Part shown: in pieces, positions 61,245 through 64,000 of the stretch | How positions within the stretch are numbered: the stretch's first letter is position 1 | How the letters are laid out: each line of letters begins with the position of its first letter | Assembly: GCA_937894115.1 (NCBI GenBank) | Contig: CALBFP010000296.1 | Span: 5,275 to 69,274, forward strand | Direction of reading: 5' to 3' | DNA: 64,000 nucleotides | Source of the DNA: an uncultured euryarchaeote | Lineage (GTDB): Archaea > Thermoplasmatota > Poseidoniia > Poseidoniales > Poseidoniaceae | Made by a program: the position numbers and the translations under genes | The notes under the pieces: model-generated | Database searches by the model: none | Told to the model about the DNA's origin: nothing | The model's input: only the letters and a program-made list of their open reading frames with translations

Positions 61245-62552
61245 ATGCGAGACCGTGTTATTCGTGATGAAATCCATCGCGATGTTTTGGTACCAGCCCA
61301 TCACGCTCGAATCATCGACACCAATGAATTCCAACGACTGAGAAACATTCAGCAACTCTCGACCTGTGAATTTGTTTTCCCATCGGCGACACACACACGT
61401 TTTGCTCATTCTCTAGGAGCATACTATCTTGCAGGGGAACTCACATCCTCCATCCAAGAAGTTCAACCCGGTCTGCTTTCCGATTCCGATGCGGAACTTG
61501 TCCAAATCGGAGCGCTGCTCCATGACATTGGGCACCCACCTTATTCCCATTTGCTGGAAACACCCGAAGTTTTTGCGACCTTCCACTCTCACGAGCATTG
61601 GGGTCGCATTCTTCTTGAAAGCAACGAATCAGAAATTGGGAGAGTGCTTTCGGATGTATTGGGCGACGAAGGAAAGCAACGACTTTTTGCGCTTTTGGAC
61701 GGCCGTAATGAGTGCAATGGAGTTCCGATTCCACCGTTTATGAAAGAGATTATTGGCAGTCAACTCGATGTCGACCGTATGGATTACATGATTCGTGATC
61801 AAGCAAATACGGGCGCTCAAATTGGAGGTTTCGACAGTGCAAGAGTCATTCGTGCGCTTCGAGTGAACGATGAAGGTCGACTCTACGTCAAATCATGGGG
61901 ATTGCCGGCCATCGAAGCGTACCTCGTAACACGTTATCACATGTACAATCAAGTTTACTTTCACAAGGTCAACATGCTTACTCAATCCTATCTTGTGCGC
62001 ATGCTGAGGCGGGCTCGAGAACTTGCGGAGGAAGGAAAGCTCGAATTGGATGGAGAAATCAAGCAGATGCTTCTCAACAAAACACTGACGCCAGAGCAAT
62101 ACGCATCACTACACGATTCCCACATCAAAGTTGCCATGGGCCGTTTTGCACTACAGGACGACGAGATCTTGTCAGGTTACGCATCGCGTCTTCTAGCGCG
62201 TAGAGATTACCACAAGTCGCTGCGCATCCCATCGCTGACGACGGAAATGTTTGCAGCGGTCGAAGAAGATGTTGCATTGTTGTTGAAAGAAGAAGGATTC
62301 GATCCGTTCCACGATCTTATCACAGCAACCATTGGAAAACGCGGGTACATGCCGTACGATCAGGGCATTATTCTTGAAGACGGCAGAGATGCAGCAGAAC
62401 ATTCCCCGCTCATACGCTCGCTCACGCAATCCGAGGAGCATGTGCTTGTTTTTGTTCCAGAGCAAGTAAGGGATGCTTGCGAATCCATGGTGCGTGCAAA
62501 AACAAAACCGACTCAATCCTCATTGGCAATGTTTGATTCGGCAAACTCATGA
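61245..62552 (+). CDS. HD-domain dNTP triphosphohydrolase-like protein (SAMHD1/EF1143 family)
   Basis: Diagnostic motifs are FQRLRNIQQLS, THTRFAHSLGAYYLA, LLHDIGHPPYSH and DVDRMDYMIRD. The start is taken at ATG 61245. Confidence 0.82.
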   Translation: MRDRVIRDEIHRDVLVPAHHARIIDTNEFQRLRNIQQLSTCEFVFPSATHTRFAHSLGAYYLAGELTSSIQEVQPGLLSDSDAELVQIGALLHDIGHPPYSHLLETPEVFATFHSHEHWGRILLESNESEIGRVLSDVLGDEGKQRLFALLDGRNECNGVPIPPFMKEIIGSQLDVDRMDYMIRDQANTGAQIGGFDSARVIRALRVNDEGRLYVKSWGLPAIEAYLVTRYHMYNQVYFHKVNMLTQSYLVRMLRRARELAEEGKLELDGEIKQMLLNKTLTPEQYASLHDSHIKVAMGRFALQDDEILSGYASRLLARRDYHKSLRIPSLTTEMFAAVEEDVALLLKEEGFDPFHDLITATIGKRGYMPYDQGIILEDGRDAAEHSPLIRSLTQSEEHVLVFVPEQVRDACESMVRAKTKPTQSSLAMFDSANS

Positions 62553-62576
62553 AGGTCGTCTTCACAGCAGTACCAT

Positions 62577-62650
62577 GGGCCTGTAGCTTAGTTGGTTAGA
62601 GCACCCGGCTCATAACCGGGCGGTCAAGGGTTCAAATCCCTTCAGGCCCA
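62577..62650 (+). tRNA. tRNA with CAT anticodon (elongator Met or Ile2; not initiator-like)
   Basis: The sequence is GGGCCTG TA GCTT AGTTGGTTA GAGC A CCCGG CTCATAA CCGGG CGGTC AAGGG TTCAAAT CCCTT CAGGCCC A. It has a G1:C72 pair and lacks the GGG/CCC anticodon stem of initiators. No CCA is encoded. Confidence 0.9.
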
Positions 62651-62729
62651 CTATTTTCGGACTCCTTAGGGACACTTTGCGACACAATGGTTATGAGGGT
62701 CGATAGGGTGGGTGAAGTTAGTGAGCACG

Positions 62730-63659
62730 ATGTCAACCCGAAAGAGTACCTTAACCGTTCTTTTGATTTACCTTGCATCTCTGTTGCTTGTAGCAGTACC
62801 AGCTCAAGCCCAGATACCTACTGCAGCGGTCTCGATTACATGTCAACCCGCTGAGATTAAAGTCGATGTCAAACCAGGGTCAACGCTTGTTGGTTTTACC
62901 ACCTGCACAGCATCCAACCCAACAGCATACATTGAGAAGATTGCACTGTCCGTAACATCCGATGGACTCGCAGCCGCAGCACCGGGTGACATCTATGTCG
63001 GGGGCAATTCCGATGAAGACTTCCAGGTTGTTGTCCGCGCCACACCGTTCATGACCATGCAAGCCCGCAGTCTTGTCGTCCAAGGAAGCGTCCAAGAAAT
63101 CAACGGTTTGCCTCCTGCGAACCAAGCAACATCGGGTGCGTCGATGATCGTCTCAATCACCCAGTTCGCACTCCTTCAAGTTGAAGCCGTTGAACCCTTT
63201 GTTCAACTGATGCCAAAGACCGATAAGGACTTCGAATTCAAGGTATACAATCTCGGAAACCAATTCGACTTCATGAACATCGGAATCTCAGAAAGCTCCC
63301 GAGAGTCCCTTGAGGACGCAGGATTCAACATCAACATCCCAATCAGCAAGGTCAATGTAGAGCCGATGGTCGCACCAGCGAAAATCCGAATACAAGTTCG
63401 AACTCCAAAGAACCAAGGATGGACCGATGCATACCACACACTCGATTTCTACGCTGAATCAGACTTCTCCTGCAAGAACGGTGGCTGTGACCGTGAATCG
63501 CAAATGATTACCATCTACGTTCGTGGAATTTACCTGCCCGGCTTCGAAATCATCCCTGCACTGTCAATGGTCGCTCTTGCAGCCGCTGTTGCAGGTCGTC
63601 GTTTCATCAACGCTGACGATGAAGAAGACGAGTGGCGAGAAGCCGCACCAGGTCTGTAA
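62730..63659 (+). CDS. secreted beta-sandwich-like surface protein with C-terminal PGF-type membrane anchor
   Basis: The signal peptide is MSTRKSTLTVLLIYLASLLLVAVPAQA. The body is rich in beta-strand patterns. The C-terminus is LPGFEIIPALSMVALAAAVAGRRF plus an acidic tail. Confidence 0.6.
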   Translation: MSTRKSTLTVLLIYLASLLLVAVPAQAQIPTAAVSITCQPAEIKVDVKPGSTLVGFTTCTASNPTAYIEKIALSVTSDGLAAAAPGDIYVGGNSDEDFQVVVRATPFMTMQARSLVVQGSVQEINGLPPANQATSGASMIVSITQFALLQVEAVEPFVQLMPKTDKDFEFKVYNLGNQFDFMNIGISESSRESLEDAGFNINIPISKVNVEPMVAPAKIRIQVRTPKNQGWTDAYHTLDFYAESDFSCKNGGCDRESQMITIYVRGIYLPGFEIIPALSMVALAAAVAGRRFINADDEEDEWREAAPGL

Positions 63660-63738
63660 TGAAGAAACCAAACAAAACGCCCACTTGTTGGGGTTGGGTT
63701 CTTAACCTATCCATGCGAGGGTTCCATGAGTTGAGATT

Positions 63739-64000
63739 ATGAGTGGACTTTTGAGCAAGGCTAATGCAGCCGAGGAAGCAAACCAATCAGAACCAGTAGA
63801 AGAAGAAAAGAAGTCCGATGGTGGCTTGCTAACGGCAGCCGCTTCCTCCAGCGGTGGAGCCGATACATCAACCATCCTCACATCCGTTGGATGGGCAGTG
63901 ATTGTTGTTGGTGGTCTCCTCTCTCTGCAAGGTGGATCGTGGGGACTTATCGTCGTCATAACCGTACTTATTGTTGGAATCGGTGCACTTTATGCAGGGC
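63739..64000 (+). CDS. hypothetical membrane protein, 5' part only (open to the window end)
   Basis: ATG at 63739 opens a stop-free frame to position 64000: MSGLLSKANAAEEANQSEPVEEEKKSDGG...WAVIVVGGLLSLQGGSWGLIVVITVLIVGIGALYAG. It has two hydrophobic helices. It is absent from the ORF track because it has no stop. The antisense 85-aa ORF looks like a shadow. Confidence 0.5.
   Translation, partial: MSGLLSKANAAEEANQSEPVEEEKKSDGGLLTAAASSSGGADTSTILTSVGWAVIVVGGLLSLQGGSWGLIVVITVLIVGIGALYAG

Noticed and set aside
49800-62650. The segment bounded by tRNA-Asn and tRNA-CAT as a possible integrated island.
   Set aside because: I saw no integrase, recombinase or transposase, and no obvious direct repeat of a tRNA 3' end. 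I also saw no obvious compositional break by eye. The two tRNAs are on opposite strands. I treat it as native chromosome, though a formal repeat/att search was not possible.
62577-62650. The tRNA-CAT as the initiator tRNA.
   Set aside because: It has G1:C72 rather than A1:U72, and its anticodon stem is CCCGG/CCGGG rather than the three consecutive G:C pairs adjacent to the loop. It is therefore an elongator Met or an Ile2 (CAU) tRNA. Sequence alone cannot separate these two.
63702-63959. The 85-aa minus-strand ORF at the right edge.
   Set aside because: It is antisense to a stop-free plus-strand frame starting at 63739 that encodes plausible TM helices. The minus-strand translation is Pro/Ser/Thr/Ala-rich, which looks like a shadow ORF.
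1-64000. CRISPR arrays, rRNA genes, insertion sequences and large tandem DNA repeats.
   Set aside because: I noticed no regularly spaced direct repeats, rRNA-like sequence or transposase-like ORF. The only repeats found are intragenic protein-domain repeats (LTD, TSP3-like and the Cys-bracketed repeat).

Overview
The window is gene-dense (about 50 CDS and 2 tRNAs), and I saw no CRISPR array, transposase, integrase or rRNA. The gene content is archaeal: archaeosine tRNA-guanine transglycosylase, a DRG GTPase with TGS domain, archaeal-type NMN adenylyltransferase, split GMP synthase, split glycine dehydrogenase, a ThiN-domain regulator, and tRNAs without encoded CCA. The many membrane-anchored surface enzymes with thrombospondin-type-3-like acidic repeats suggest a marine planktonic Thermoplasmatota (Marine Group II-like) genome. 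That placement is inference only.

Housekeeping blocks:
- sufD'(partial)-sufB-sufC plus an Nfu-like gene, tgtA and truA
- DRG GTPase, grpE, NMNAT, a class V aminotransferase and pdxT
- a thiR-thiB-thiP-thiQ thiamine uptake operon
- a group II decarboxylase followed by gcvT-gcvPA-gcvPB
- purE, guaA subunit B, tRNA-Asn(GTT) and tRNA-(CAT)

Accessory blocks worth a second look:
1. 5.1-10.6 kb: a five-gene operon with two ABC-2 ATPase/permease pairs. One permease carries an acidic DxDxDG ectodomain. An uncharacterised beta-barrel-like protein follows.
2. 13.2-28.1 kb: an alpha-glucan (starch/glycogen) utilisation locus. It has a binding-protein/MalF fusion, an N-terminally extended MalG, and a MalK lacking its regulatory domain. 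It also has membrane-anchored GH13 and GH57 enzymes, an alpha-glucan phosphorylase and a 4-alpha-glucanotransferase.
3. 49.9-61.2 kb: a same-strand, tightly spaced cluster. It encodes a type-II-anchored protein with about five OB-fold-like modules, a TctA-family permease, and a 1631-aa surface protein. That large protein has six lamin-tail domains, a double-HKD phospholipase-D-superfamily domain and TSP3 repeats. A BI-1-like protein, an IPNS-family 2OG/Fe(II) oxygenase and thymidine phosphorylase complete the cluster.

I consider block 3 the best candidate for an undescribed system. It may be an extracellular phosphodiester-polymer (DNA?) harvesting and pyrimidine salvage module, but this is a hypothesis from domain content and gene order only.
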